Assembly: GCA_038883435.1 (NCBI GenBank)
Contig: JAVZMD010000001.1
Coordinates: 9,411 to 65,815 of the forward strand
Reading direction: 5' to 3'
Source of the DNA: Thermoproteota archaeon
Lineage (GTDB): Archaea; Thermoproteota; EX4484-205; JAAOZP01
Length of the DNA stretch: 56,405 bases
Part shown: in pieces, positions 25,416 through 33,876 of the stretch
Numbering within the stretch: position 1 is the stretch's first letter
How the letters are laid out: every line of letters starts with the position of its first letter
Translations under genes and position numbers: made by a program
The notes under the pieces: model-generated
The model's input: the letters and a program-made list of their open reading frames with translations, nothing else
What the model was told of the DNA's origin: nothing
Database searches by the model: none

Positions 25416-25778
25416 CCGGCCGATTAGGGTTATTTATTCCCCATGACTTTTAAGTCCTTTTGACTATCTTTGCCCCCGACGTGTTTCAGACAGTTCTATC
25501 TAGAGAATCGGTTTAACCCATCTGCTCGTTTTTCTCAGCATCAGAAAAATCCTCATCATGAAAAATCGATTTCTCCTCTATGACTGTAGAAAGCACTTTA
25601 GATAACTTGCTTATGATAAGATCTGGCTCAGCAGCTTCAGGCTTGGCCTAGTTCTATTCCTTGTACTGTTACTATGTGTGCCTACAGGACCTCATTGCTT
25701 CAACATCGACTACATTGCGAAAATCCCTCTACCGCTCCTCCCTTCTCTGAATGGGCTGAATGATAAGGGAGTTATTTT

Positions 25779-25883
25779 TCACTCCATCCTTCTCAATGCG
25801 TATCTGTATATTAAGTCGGTGATTTTGTAAAGCCCGTTTTCATCCTTCATTATTCCAATTATAACCAGTTTGGAGAATAGGCT
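25779..25883 (-). pseudogene. Remnant encoding only the C-terminal wHTH tail of an archaeal ATPase (PF01637-like) paralogue
   Basis: My minus-strand translation is SLFSKLVIIGIMKDENGLYKITDLIYRYALRRME*, bounded upstream by a stop. It aligns with the tail of the pseudogene at 27162-27719 (LLSKLVKIGLVEKEK/NGLYKIAKPIYGHALRRTR*). Confidence 0.45.
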
Positions 25884-25895
25884 TCAGATCATTGA

Positions 25896-27146
25896 ATGAA
25901 AAAGTTTAAAAGTATAACCATGATTATACTTTTTATGATTATAGAAAGGCCGGAGGAAGCCAAGAGGATTAATGAGTTAAAGAAATGGATATTAGTTTAT
26001 GGGAGGAGGAAGACAGGGAAAACTTTCCTAGTCGCTAATTTTGTCAATTACGATGAATATTTTTTCGTGAAAACGAGCAAGAGTGCTTTAACGAAGGATG
26101 GGAAGTCTATAAGCTATGAGGCTTTTATAGAGGTCCTTAAGAGGGCTTTAGATGATGGTAAGACCGTTGTGGTAGATGAGTTTCATAGGCTGGGACAGGA
26201 TTTTTTGGACTTTCTCCATTATACTAATAAACGTGGTAAACTCATATTGATTTCCTCAACCCTATTTCTCTCCAAAAAGCTTGTTTCAACAAGGTCTCCT
26301 ATTCTAGGTCTGTTTGCTGAAGTGCCCATTGGGCTAATAAGTCTTAAAGATTGCTTGAAGGCTCTTGGAAAATATGGTTTCTCTAAGAAGGATAGAATGG
26401 AGCTTGCCATAATGCTTAGAGAACCTATTTCTATAGATTATTTCGATGAGAAGAAACCTGTGAGGGAAAATATAGCTCTCATTCTTTTAAGCTCTGTAAA
26501 GACTATCCCTGCTCTAGTTGGCGAGGTTTTTTACGAGGAGGAGAGGGAGCTATCTGCCATTTACGAGGGGGTTTTGAGAGCTGTAGCAAGTGGTAGATCT
26601 GTTTCAGGAGAGATAGCCAGTTATCTGTTTTCTAGGAGGTTGATTAAAAAAGATGATGCGAGCATAATCCAACCTTACTTGAACAACTTGACTTCACTAG
26701 GGCTGGTTAAAAGGATAGAGGTTTTAAACAAAAGGAAATATGTCTACAAGCTTACTTCCCCACTGTTAAGAATGTTCTTTTACGCTGATGAGAAGTATAA
26801 CATATCTGAAAGGAGGCTCAGCAATAGTGAGGCTTTGATGATAGTAGACGAGTTAATGCCTAGGATTATTGAGGATAGCATTAGAGAATTCTTTGCGGAA
26901 AAATACGGATTGCGTGAAAGCGTTTTGCAAGCTAAGGATTTCGATGTTGACGGTTGTCTTCTGAAGTTTAACAAGCCTGAGATTGTTTTAGAAGTCAAAT
27001 GGGGTAGAATCAACAGTACCGATGTAAGGAAAGCTGAGGAAAATTTAGGTAAAGTGCCGTCTAAAAGGAAGATACTCTTTGTTCCAGATAAGAGACTGGT
27101 TAAATCATCGAAGCTGGAAGTCTTAGATGTGGATGATGTTTTTTAA
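25896..27146 (+). CDS. Archaeal AAA+ ATPase (Arch_ATPase, PF01637-like) fused to a DUF234-type PD-(D/E)XK-like C-terminal domain
   Basis: Walker A VYGRRKTGKTFLV, Walker B VVVDEFHRL, internal wHTH-like NNLTSLGLVKRIE, and C-terminal FDVDGCLL...PEIVLEVKWG (D...E-x-K pattern). Spot GC count is low (20/60 at 26221-26280). Confidence 0.75.
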   Translation: MKKFKSITMIILFMIIERPEEAKRINELKKWILVYGRRKTGKTFLVANFVNYDEYFFVKTSKSALTKDGKSISYEAFIEVLKRALDDGKTVVVDEFHRLGQDFLDFLHYTNKRGKLILISSTLFLSKKLVSTRSPILGLFAEVPIGLISLKDCLKALGKYGFSKKDRMELAIMLREPISIDYFDEKKPVRENIALILLSSVKTIPALVGEVFYEEERELSAIYEGVLRAVASGRSVSGEIASYLFSRRLIKKDDASIIQPYLNNLTSLGLVKRIEVLNKRKYVYKLTSPLLRMFFYADEKYNISERRLSNSEALMIVDELMPRIIEDSIREFFAEKYGLRESVLQAKDFDVDGCLLKFNKPEIVLEVKWGRINSTDVRKAEENLGKVPSKRKILFVPDKRLVKSSKLEVLDVDDVF

Positions 27147-27161
27147 GAAGTGTATGAATGT

Positions 27162-27719
27162 TTACCTCGTTCTTCTCAACGCATGTCCGTATATTGGCTT
27201 TGCGATTTTATAGAGCCCGTTTTTCCTTCTCTACCAATCCGATTTTAACAAGTTTAGATAGTAGGGTTGAAAAGTCTATTCGAGACCCACTTAAGAGCTG
27301 AGCCTCATCAAAAGCCATTACTACTTTCTCGAGGAGTTCAGGCAGTAGGTTCCTAGACTTGCCCGCTGCTACTGAACTCTAAGACCAATTACTTCAACTC
27401 CTCTTATCTTCTTTAAAACTTTTAAGAAGCCTTTTTGCTTTGAGATGAATGCATTAAGCCCTTCTTCTAAGAGTGTTGCTAATTGCGCTCCCGGAATACG
27501 TTTTAGCCTCTCGAAAGAGCGTAGGTCAAATATCAAGCTTGGTTTACCCAGGCTGTTTAATACGGCTCTCAGCAAGGAGGTTTTCCCAAGCCTTCTGAGC
27601 CCGAGGATAAGTACAATAGCGCTACCCTTCTCTAGCGCATTTATTAAAGCCTTTACTTCTTTCTCCATAGTGTAAAGCTCTGAGAGGTTTGTTTTCGGTC
27701 TGTCTGAGAATAGCATCAC
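27162..27719 (-). pseudogene. Degraded archaeal ATPase (PF01637-like): premature stop, frameshifts and internal deletion
   Basis: The track ORF 27369-27719 gives an intact N-terminus with Walker A (ILGLRRLGKTSLL) and ends at TAG. A shifted frame then reads KSRNLLPELLEKVVMAFDEAQLLSGSRIDFSTLLSKLVKIGLVEKEKRAL*. That places Walker B (DEAQ) almost directly against the C-terminal wHTH, implying a large internal deletion. A further shift at an A5 run gives NGLYKIAKPIYGHALRRTR*. Confidence 0.65.
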
Positions 27720-27814
27720 TACTATTAGATAGCAGTACTGCTATTTAACACGCTATGCTGAATCCGAGATCGTTTAAGTAAAACGAGGGGAGTTGCTAGA
27801 CGAGTTATGGAGAC

Positions 27815-29566
27815 TTAGGCTTTCCTCCGGAGCGATTTGAGTATACTCGTAATAATGACGATTACTGCTAGGAAGATGATTATCGTAATCCACGGTTGCT
27901 CATACCATTTCTTCTCAGGCTCTATTACCGTTACTGACAGGGGAGCTTCTCTCACGTTTTCGCCATAGGTTGCTCTAATAGTTATAATATGTGTTCCTAC
28001 GGGCGCGTCTTCAGATGCCCTTAGTGTTAGAGTCGTGTAAATCGGCGGAACATCGGTATCTACGAGAAATCCGTAGGAGACTCCCTTCGGTACTCCTACA
28101 ATTGAGAGAGTGATTTTCTGACGGGGTTCTCCAGCAGTGCGTTCAACGTAAACGCTAATCTCTGTCGACTTCCCCTTTTGCAGAGTTATACTGCTTGGAA
28201 CCAGCGTCACCTGATAGTCGAAAGCTTCAGCGAATTCCGCTATCAAGCTCGCCGGCCCGCCTATCCAAATAGAAGTGGGATTGCTGAAACGATCATATGC
28301 CACGTTGTCTGCTACGATTGTTCTCCACATTTTAAACTCATACTTTGAATATGGGATTGCCGTTATGTTTACAACAGAGTATTCGTCAAACCAGTAGACC
28401 CCGGGTCTTGGGTCAGTTGTCCCCTTACCGGCTTCAGCCCCTATCTCAAGCCTGTACTGAACCCTGTAGGATGCTTCAATACAGCCACCGCCAAGAGGGA
28501 CTGTCAGGAAACCCATAGAGGAGTTTGAAAGACCGCTTACTGAATCAAGCCTGTAACGCCTATCTTCAACTGTAGATTCGACGAATTCAATCCACCTGTA
28601 TGCATGTGTCGAACCAGTTTCCCATGTGAAGCTTACTGGCAGCTGGTAAGCCCCGTAAGATTGGTTATCCACTATTAGGATTGAACGGGCTTTAGGAACT
28701 TCTCCTAGCCCGCTTGCCTTAAAAGTTACAACAGCCATTTGCAACCCGCCTCCGGAAGGCGACTGTTTCCCTTGGGCATACGTGGTGTAAAGCGTGTACA
28801 GGACATCGGTAACATAGTTTACCGCTAAGTTGATGGAATTTAGAACCCTCTCAACGAATACGGAGTTGTTCCAATCGTAGTTTCTATCCATCCAGACGCA
28901 TGTTAATCCTCTTCCAGAGTTGCCGAAGGTTGTATCATATGCTAGTCTTACAGTTGCTTCGTATGCTGTGATTATCTCCAATTCGCCGTCGAAGACCAGA
29001 TATCTACTCCACTCTGAATTGTAACTTGAAGTCTTAGAGTTCACATAATTCTCATAGTCGCTATGATGCTCTTCAGCACCCCAATCTGTTCCAGCGCCCA
29101 TAACATGACCGAATACAGCCATATCCACTATGTAATGAGTCATGGCTCCGGCATATTTCGCAGCTGAAGCAAAATCCCCAGAGAGCATAAGGGTCAATGC
29201 TTGATTGAAAGTTGCATTAGCCCGCCGCGCAGCTGAATCATCTACTAAAACCCCCTCTGCATTGAAGTATACGTGATGGAGGTTCGTGTCTCCTATTCCG
29301 TCTGGTGCTCTCCCATTATCCGGGAGCTCCGTCCCGTAAAGGTACCAGTTTAAGTTGCTGACCACCCATTGCCTAGCCTCGTTTGGAAGCCAATCTAACG
29401 CTTGCTCAGCTATCCAATCGTGAGTACCATACTTAGGGTTATCAGGGCTTGAGCTATATCCTCCATTGCCCCAAGCATAGCATGAAACCGCTAAATAGGA
29501 TTTTGTAATCAGAAGGAATGCTAGTATGGTAAGGATCTTTTTATTAAAATGGATTAGTTTTTTCAT
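27815..29566 (-). CDS. Secreted, C-terminally membrane-anchored protein with N-terminal zinc-dependent phospholipase C / P1-nuclease-superfamily-like domain
   Basis: Signal peptide (KKILTILAFLLITKSYLAVSCYAW), then WGNGGY...GTHDWIAEQALDWLP...NLHHVYF...THYIVDMAVFGH...EEHHSDYENY (W/H/D metal-ligand pattern). Beta-rich middle domains follow, then a C-terminal TM helix plus basic tail (WITIIIFLAVIVIITSILKSLRRKA). Confidence 0.5.
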   Translation of the reverse strand: MKKLIHFNKKILTILAFLLITKSYLAVSCYAWGNGGYSSSPDNPKYGTHDWIAEQALDWLPNEARQWVVSNLNWYLYGTELPDNGRAPDGIGDTNLHHVYFNAEGVLVDDSAARRANATFNQALTLMLSGDFASAAKYAGAMTHYIVDMAVFGHVMGAGTDWGAEEHHSDYENYVNSKTSSYNSEWSRYLVFDGELEIITAYEATVRLAYDTTFGNSGRGLTCVWMDRNYDWNNSVFVERVLNSINLAVNYVTDVLYTLYTTYAQGKQSPSGGGLQMAVVTFKASGLGEVPKARSILIVDNQSYGAYQLPVSFTWETGSTHAYRWIEFVESTVEDRRYRLDSVSGLSNSSMGFLTVPLGGGCIEASYRVQYRLEIGAEAGKGTTDPRPGVYWFDEYSVVNITAIPYSKYEFKMWRTIVADNVAYDRFSNPTSIWIGGPASLIAEFAEAFDYQVTLVPSSITLQKGKSTEISVYVERTAGEPRQKITLSIVGVPKGVSYGFLVDTDVPPIYTTLTLRASEDAPVGTHIITIRATYGENVREAPLSVTVIEPEKKWYEQPWITIIIFLAVIVIITSILKSLRRKA

Positions 29567-29799
29567 CCCTCACCCCTCTTATATCCTAAAATTATTGAAG
29601 GGAAGCATATAAATGGCACCGAGAAAGTTTCCCCAGTTCACTAATTTATGCTTTAAATCAAAGCATTTCGGTATTGAATATTAAGACGATTATATTCCGG
29701 GTAAAAACCTCCTTGAGTCATGGAGGAAATAAATGGCATTTTGGGTTGGAGGATTATCGTTATAAATATATCTGAGAAGACGGAGCCTATGATAAGTAC

Positions 29800-30450
29800 C
29801 TAGGATGTTTCTGAGACAATTCTGGGTGTGGCATCTTCCTTCCAGCTTAATACCCATATGCCACGTTCTCTGGCTAGTTTTACAGCAGCTGGGGTGGCGT
29901 AGTCTGCGTAGATGACTTTTACAATCTTTGGCCTAATCAATTCTGGTTTCATTCTCTTTAAGATTTCTATTTTCTCTTCCAATTCGTGTATTAGGTTTAT
30001 TCCAAGTCTTACTGTCGCCTCACCAATTATACAGATTTCATCCGTAGCACCATAAATGTTTATTTCCTTATCGCCAACGAATATCCTTCTTAATTCAACC
30101 TTTAAACCGAGCTCGTTTTCCAACCTATGCCTAATAACATAAAGCCCTTCTTCTTCAACCGATATTGTTAATCTGTCAAGGGTTGTTGCAATCCTATTTT
30201 GAGTTATACGTATGTCTCTAACCTCCTCCCACAGCTTCTCCTGCCCTTCCCACAGCTTGTTCTGCCCTTCTCTGAGTAGCTTAACCTCCTCCCACAGCTT
30301 CTCCTGCCCTTCCCACAGCTTGTTCTGCCCTTCTTCAAGTCTATCTAGCCTTTTCAAAATTTCTGACAATCCTAAGTAACCAGCTACGGTATAACGGAAT
30401 TCCCTATCCTTGTCCAGTAGTTCTATGAATTCTTCTTTCAGTTTACTCAT
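29800..30450 (-). CDS. Coiled-coil repeat protein (DUF3782-like N-terminal part) with C-terminal alpha/beta domain of restriction-endonuclease-like families
   Basis: Tandem heptad-like repeats EGQNKLWEGQEKLWEEV occur twice. The C-terminal KEINIYGATDEICIIGEATVRLG resembles the E-x-D...E-x-K region of PD-(D/E)XK-like crenarchaeal paralogue families, but the Lys position is Thr. This is a low-confidence family call. Confidence 0.45.
   Translation of the reverse strand: MSKLKEEFIELLDKDREFRYTVAGYLGLSEILKRLDRLEEGQNKLWEGQEKLWEEVKLLREGQNKLWEGQEKLWEEVRDIRITQNRIATTLDRLTISVEEEGLYVIRHRLENELGLKVELRRIFVGDKEINIYGATDEICIIGEATVRLGINLIHELEEKIEILKRMKPELIRPKIVKVIYADYATPAAVKLARERGIWVLSWKEDATPRIVSETS
30220..30333. 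repeat. Perfect 51-nt tandem duplication at 63-nt period inside CDS 29800-30450
   Basis: aacctcctcccacagcttctcctgcccttcccacagcttgttctgcccttc occurs at 30220-30270 and again at 30283-30333, verified base by base. Each copy contains two 21-nt sub-repeats (tcccacagctt[c/g]t[c/t]ctgccct). Confidence 0.95.
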
Positions 30451-30503
30451 CTCCTCTAAAATTCTACGGGAAAGTATTTAAGCATACCCGTTTTTTCCAA
30501 GTC

Positions 30504-31208
30504 TTAGAGCCCAGTGTCCCTCCTATTTCTATGGAGTATTATGAGGATTTCAGATAATTCGTTGACGATAAAATCCGGTTTGGCAACTTCCAACTCGAAC
30601 CTTGGCCTTACTCCTCTGAATACTGCTATCGTATATGTGCCTGCGAGCCTTCCTGCTTCAACATCTTCCGGCCTGTCTCCAACCATGGTAGCTTCAAAAG
30701 GTCTTAAGTTTAAAATCTCAATCGCCTTTAAAACGGGTTCGGGTGATGGCTTAGGGTTCTCGACATCGCCAGATGAGATTGCTACGTCGAAAAACTCTCT
30801 TATCTTAAAACTATTCAAATAATGCGGGAGCTCCTCCTTGCTAGTGTTTGAAACAACGCCTAACAGATATCCTCTATTTTTTAACTCGTTGAGGACTTTC
30901 AACGAATCTGGATACAGCCTGCCATGTTTAGGCATGTAATTATAAACCCATTCTCTAAACATTATTTTAGAGAATTCCTCAAGACTGGTCTCCAACCCGG
31001 TTTCTCTAAGAATAGTCTCAACTATCACCCTAGATGGTTTTCCAACTAGCTTAACGTTCTCATTAAAACTCCTCTCGGGGATACTGAATTCCCTAAGTAT
31101 ATTGTTAACCATATTGTGGAATGCCTCCATTGTGTTTACTAGAGTCCCGTCCAAATCGAATAAGACTGCTTTAACACTTTTCAACGATTCAATCACACCC
31201 CGTAGCAA
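30504..31208 (-). CDS. HAD-superfamily hydrolase (phosphoglycolate phosphatase/beta-PGM-like subfamily IA)
   Basis: Motif I AVLFDLDGTLV, motif II VVSNTS, motif III/IV KPSPEP...MVGDRPEDVEAG. Confidence 0.8.
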   Translation of the reverse strand: MLRGVIESLKSVKAVLFDLDGTLVNTMEAFHNMVNNILREFSIPERSFNENVKLVGKPSRVIVETILRETGLETSLEEFSKIMFREWVYNYMPKHGRLYPDSLKVLNELKNRGYLLGVVSNTSKEELPHYLNSFKIREFFDVAISSGDVENPKPSPEPVLKAIEILNLRPFEATMVGDRPEDVEAGRLAGTYTIAVFRGVRPRFELEVAKPDFIVNELSEILIILHRNRRDTGL

Positions 31209-31261
31209 AATCCTGTTTTATTAAAGTTATTCCTGTGTTTCTTGCTTTTCATTAAACGGTT

Positions 31262-31597
31262 TCATCCGGAAGAACTACACTCCCAGCATAGATCTCTTTC
31301 TTCATTCGTCCAGAAAACCCTGCCGCACTTCCTGCACGTGATTCTCTTTAAGCCTTTTGTCCAAGGACTTTCACACATCCTAAAGCTCCTATGCAAGGGG
31401 AATTCTATCGCTTTCCTGGGACAGAGCGGCATGCATGATACGCAGCCCTCGACGCAATTCTGAGGGTTTGCGACAAAGGCCTTCCCGCCTCTCAACGCGA
31501 AAACATTATGGGGACAGAAATCTATGCATTTGGGCTCTGACCCTTGACACCCGTCGCACCGGTCTGGAAAAACGATTGGGTACCATGTTGTAGTCAT
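31262..31597 (-). CDS. 4Fe-4S ferredoxin-domain protein with C-terminal zinc-ribbon
   Basis: CDGCQGSEPKCIDFCP and CVEGCVSCMPLCP cluster motifs, plus C-terminal CRKCGRVF...CWEC. Confidence 0.6.
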   Translation of the reverse strand: MTTTWYPIVFPDRCDGCQGSEPKCIDFCPHNVFALRGGKAFVANPQNCVEGCVSCMPLCPRKAIEFPLHRSFRMCESPWTKGLKRITCRKCGRVFWTNEERDLCWECSSSG

Positions 31598-31685
31598 TAA
31601 CGTCGATAAATAGCAGTTTTGATTTTTTAAGGCTTACTCGAGGAAATACATTTATTAATAGGCTCTATCCAGCCAGATAGGGCTG

Positions 31686-32519
31686 GTGAGAGAAATGAAG
31701 CCTGTTTCAACAGTTTCTAGCGTGGGGAAGAACGTTAGACTTAGGAGAATACTGAAAGACGGTAAGGCCGTCGTCCTAGCCATGGACCATGGTATTGAAC
31801 ATGGGCCAAAAGACTTCATAGAGCCTCACCTCGACCCGAATGTAATAATCGACAAGGTTGCCAAGGCTGGTGTCGACGCTATAATGCTTCCCAGGGGCTT
31901 GGCCAGGCTTACTTGGGAATCCTGGGCAAATAGGATTCCGTTGATCGTGAAGGTTACTGGAAAAACCTCGCTGAGGCCTAAGGAGAGGCAGTATACTCAA
32001 AACCTTATAGCAACAGTTGAAGATGCTGTCGCACTGGGCGCCGAGGCCGTTGCGGCAACGGTCTACTGGGGTGCTCCGGAAGAGGAGCAAATGCTCGAGC
32101 AGTTTACTGAGATAGCTGCTGCATGCGAGGTCTACGGAATGCCTCTTCTAAACTTGGCTTACCCGAGGGGGCCGCATATGCCTAATCAAAACGACGTCGA
32201 AATAGTCAGGTACGCTGCTAGAGCTGCTGCAGAAGTTGGCGCAGACCTGATAAAGACATACTGGACTGGTTCCGAGGAGACTTTTAGAGAAGTTGTTAAA
32301 GCCACCCCTGTGCCTATCCTAATGTCCGGTGGGGCCAAGACAGAAGAGCCAAGACAGTTCTTAGAGGTTACGAATCAGGTTATGAGAGCTGGTGGAAAGG
32401 GCGTCGTAGTCGGCAGGAATGTTTTCCAGAGGGAGAACGCTACAGAGATGGTCAAGGCCATAATGAAAATAGTACATGAAGATGCTACAGTAGACGAGGC
32501 AATGAAGCTCCTAAAGTAG
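31686..32519 (+). CDS. Class IA fructose-bisphosphate aldolase (DhnA/FbaB family; ADH synthase is the alternative in this family)
   Basis: VVLAMDHGIEHGPKDF and LIVKV (Schiff-base Lys region). It is about 277 aa, typical of the archaeal DhnA-type aldolase. Confidence 0.75.
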   Translation: MREMKPVSTVSSVGKNVRLRRILKDGKAVVLAMDHGIEHGPKDFIEPHLDPNVIIDKVAKAGVDAIMLPRGLARLTWESWANRIPLIVKVTGKTSLRPKERQYTQNLIATVEDAVALGAEAVAATVYWGAPEEEQMLEQFTEIAAACEVYGMPLLNLAYPRGPHMPNQNDVEIVRYAARAAAEVGADLIKTYWTGSEETFREVVKATPVPILMSGGAKTEEPRQFLEVTNQVMRAGGKGVVVGRNVFQRENATEMVKAIMKIVHEDATVDEAMKLLK

Positions 32520-32570
32520 ACTTTCCAAGTCTCTTTCAAATATTTTTAGTAATTTTTTCTCTATTGCAAC

Positions 32571-33521
32571 TCAGATTCTGGATAGCAGTACAACGCCACT
32601 CGGCTCGAACTCTCCCTTTTTCACATAGCCGGAGGCCTTAGAGACTTTCTCGGAGAATGAGACTATGTCGCTCATCCACGGCATCGCTTCTTTTGGAAGC
32701 CTAGACTGGCTTTCACCAACCCATTCGTAGGCTTTTACTTCAACGTAATCTGGCTTGGATACTTCCATTAGCCTAGAGTATTCCTCAGGATTGGAGTCGT
32801 TAAACCCTTTCACAACGGTTATCCTCAGTACACGTCTTGTTCCAATGAGACTTGGGAGGACCTCCAGCGTTTTAAAAAGCCTGCTCCAAGCATTTTTCAT
32901 CAACGGCCTCGCAATCCTTTTGAAAACTTCTTCGTTCGCAGCCTGAATGCTGACGTACAATTGGTCTGGAAGAGGACTAAGATTCTCAAGCACCTCGGGC
33001 ATGCTCCCGTTGGTAACAAGATATGTAACCATCCCCCTCTTCCTAGCCTCTTCTATCAGCTCACCCAGCTTAGGGTATAGGGTCGGCTCACCAGTAAGAC
33101 TAAAGGTTACCATAGTGGGATTAAGCGATTCTTCAAAAACCCTCCCGTCAACGAGGGGGTTTGACTTATAACCTGTGAGTAGGCTCCTCCTAAGCCTAAT
33201 TGCCTCATCGATGATGCACGATGGCTCATCGGCTTCAACCTCAACAGGATATTCCTGCCATGAGTACCCTGGCCTATCGCCTGAGTGTATCCTCCAGCAG
33301 TATGTGCACCTGTAGTTGCATCCTAGAAAGGGGGTCATTTGCATACACCTGTGGCTCTGAACATTACCGTACCAGAGCTCCTTGTAGCAAGCCATGCCCT
33401 TCGTAAGCCTCCTCCTAGTCCAGAAGCATATCTTTACTGCAGAGTGTTTCCCGATTATCCTGTATTGTTGTTTTTCAAGCAGACTTCTAACGTTTTGGGG
33501 AAGCACAGGTTTCATCCACAT
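32571..33521 (-). CDS. taw1: tRNA 4-demethylwyosine synthase (radical SAM, TYW1/Taw1)
   Basis: QQYRIIGKHSAVKICFWT..., the second-cluster Cys context, the radical SAM motif LGCNYRCTYCW, and LTGEPTLYP. Length and order match archaeal Taw1. Confidence 0.85.
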   Translation of the reverse strand: MWMKPVLPQNVRSLLEKQQYRIIGKHSAVKICFWTRRRLTKGMACYKELWYGNVQSHRCMQMTPFLGCNYRCTYCWRIHSGDRPGYSWQEYPVEVEADEPSCIIDEAIRLRRSLLTGYKSNPLVDGRVFEESLNPTMVTFSLTGEPTLYPKLGELIEEARKRGMVTYLVTNGSMPEVLENLSPLPDQLYVSIQAANEEVFKRIARPLMKNAWSRLFKTLEVLPSLIGTRRVLRITVVKGFNDSNPEEYSRLMEVSKPDYVEVKAYEWVGESQSRLPKEAMPWMSDIVSFSEKVSKASGYVKKGEFEPSGVVLLSRI

Positions 33522-33635
33522 TTTTTCTAATTAAAAAGTTTAGGAAAATCGAGGTATCAATATTGACCTGTGTAATTGTGACATAGTTTGTTGCCAAGGG
33601 GAAAATTTAAATACACATACGTGTATTTATTTACA

Positions 33636-33866
33636 ATGGGACATAAGACAATCACTATTTCAGACGAAGCCTATGAAGCACTATTTCGTCTTAAGCGGGA
33701 TAAAGAATCTTTTACAGATGTGATACTAAGACTAACAAAAGGTAAAGCTGGCGGGACCCTCTTAGAATACATAAGGTCACTAGAGCCTGATGAAGATTTC
33801 GCTAAGATAATGGAAGAAGTGGTTATGGAGAGGAGAAAAATCCGTCTGAGGACTCCTGAACTATAG
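33636..33866 (+). CDS. Antitoxin (UPF0330/VapB-like, ribbon-helix type) of the adjacent PIN toxin
   Basis: MGHKTITISDEAYEALFRLKRDKESFTDVILRL is typical of the small archaeal antitoxin family upstream of VapC. I prefer ATG 33636 to the track TTG start 33588. The TATA-like aaatttaaatac sits about 25 nt upstream, a leaderless geometry. Confidence 0.6.
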   Translation: MGHKTITISDEAYEALFRLKRDKESFTDVILRLTKGKAGGTLLEYIRSLEPDEDFAKIMEEVVMERRKIRLRTPEL

Positions 33867-33876
33867 GTGTTCTTGA

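Noticed and set aside
25486-25559. Possible C/D-box sRNA on the minus strand (aTGATGA...CTGA...CTGA)
   Set aside because: The spacing does not fit archaeal C/D sRNAs. The element spans 74 nt in total, the C box to the first CTGA is only 8 nt, and there is no credible C' box. The stretch also reads as the tail of a decayed ORF.
30220-30333. Direct repeats that could be mistaken for a mini-CRISPR
   Set aside because: There are only two copies with a 12-nt spacer. They are in frame inside a CDS and encode a coiled-coil repeat. There is no leader and no cas genes in the window.
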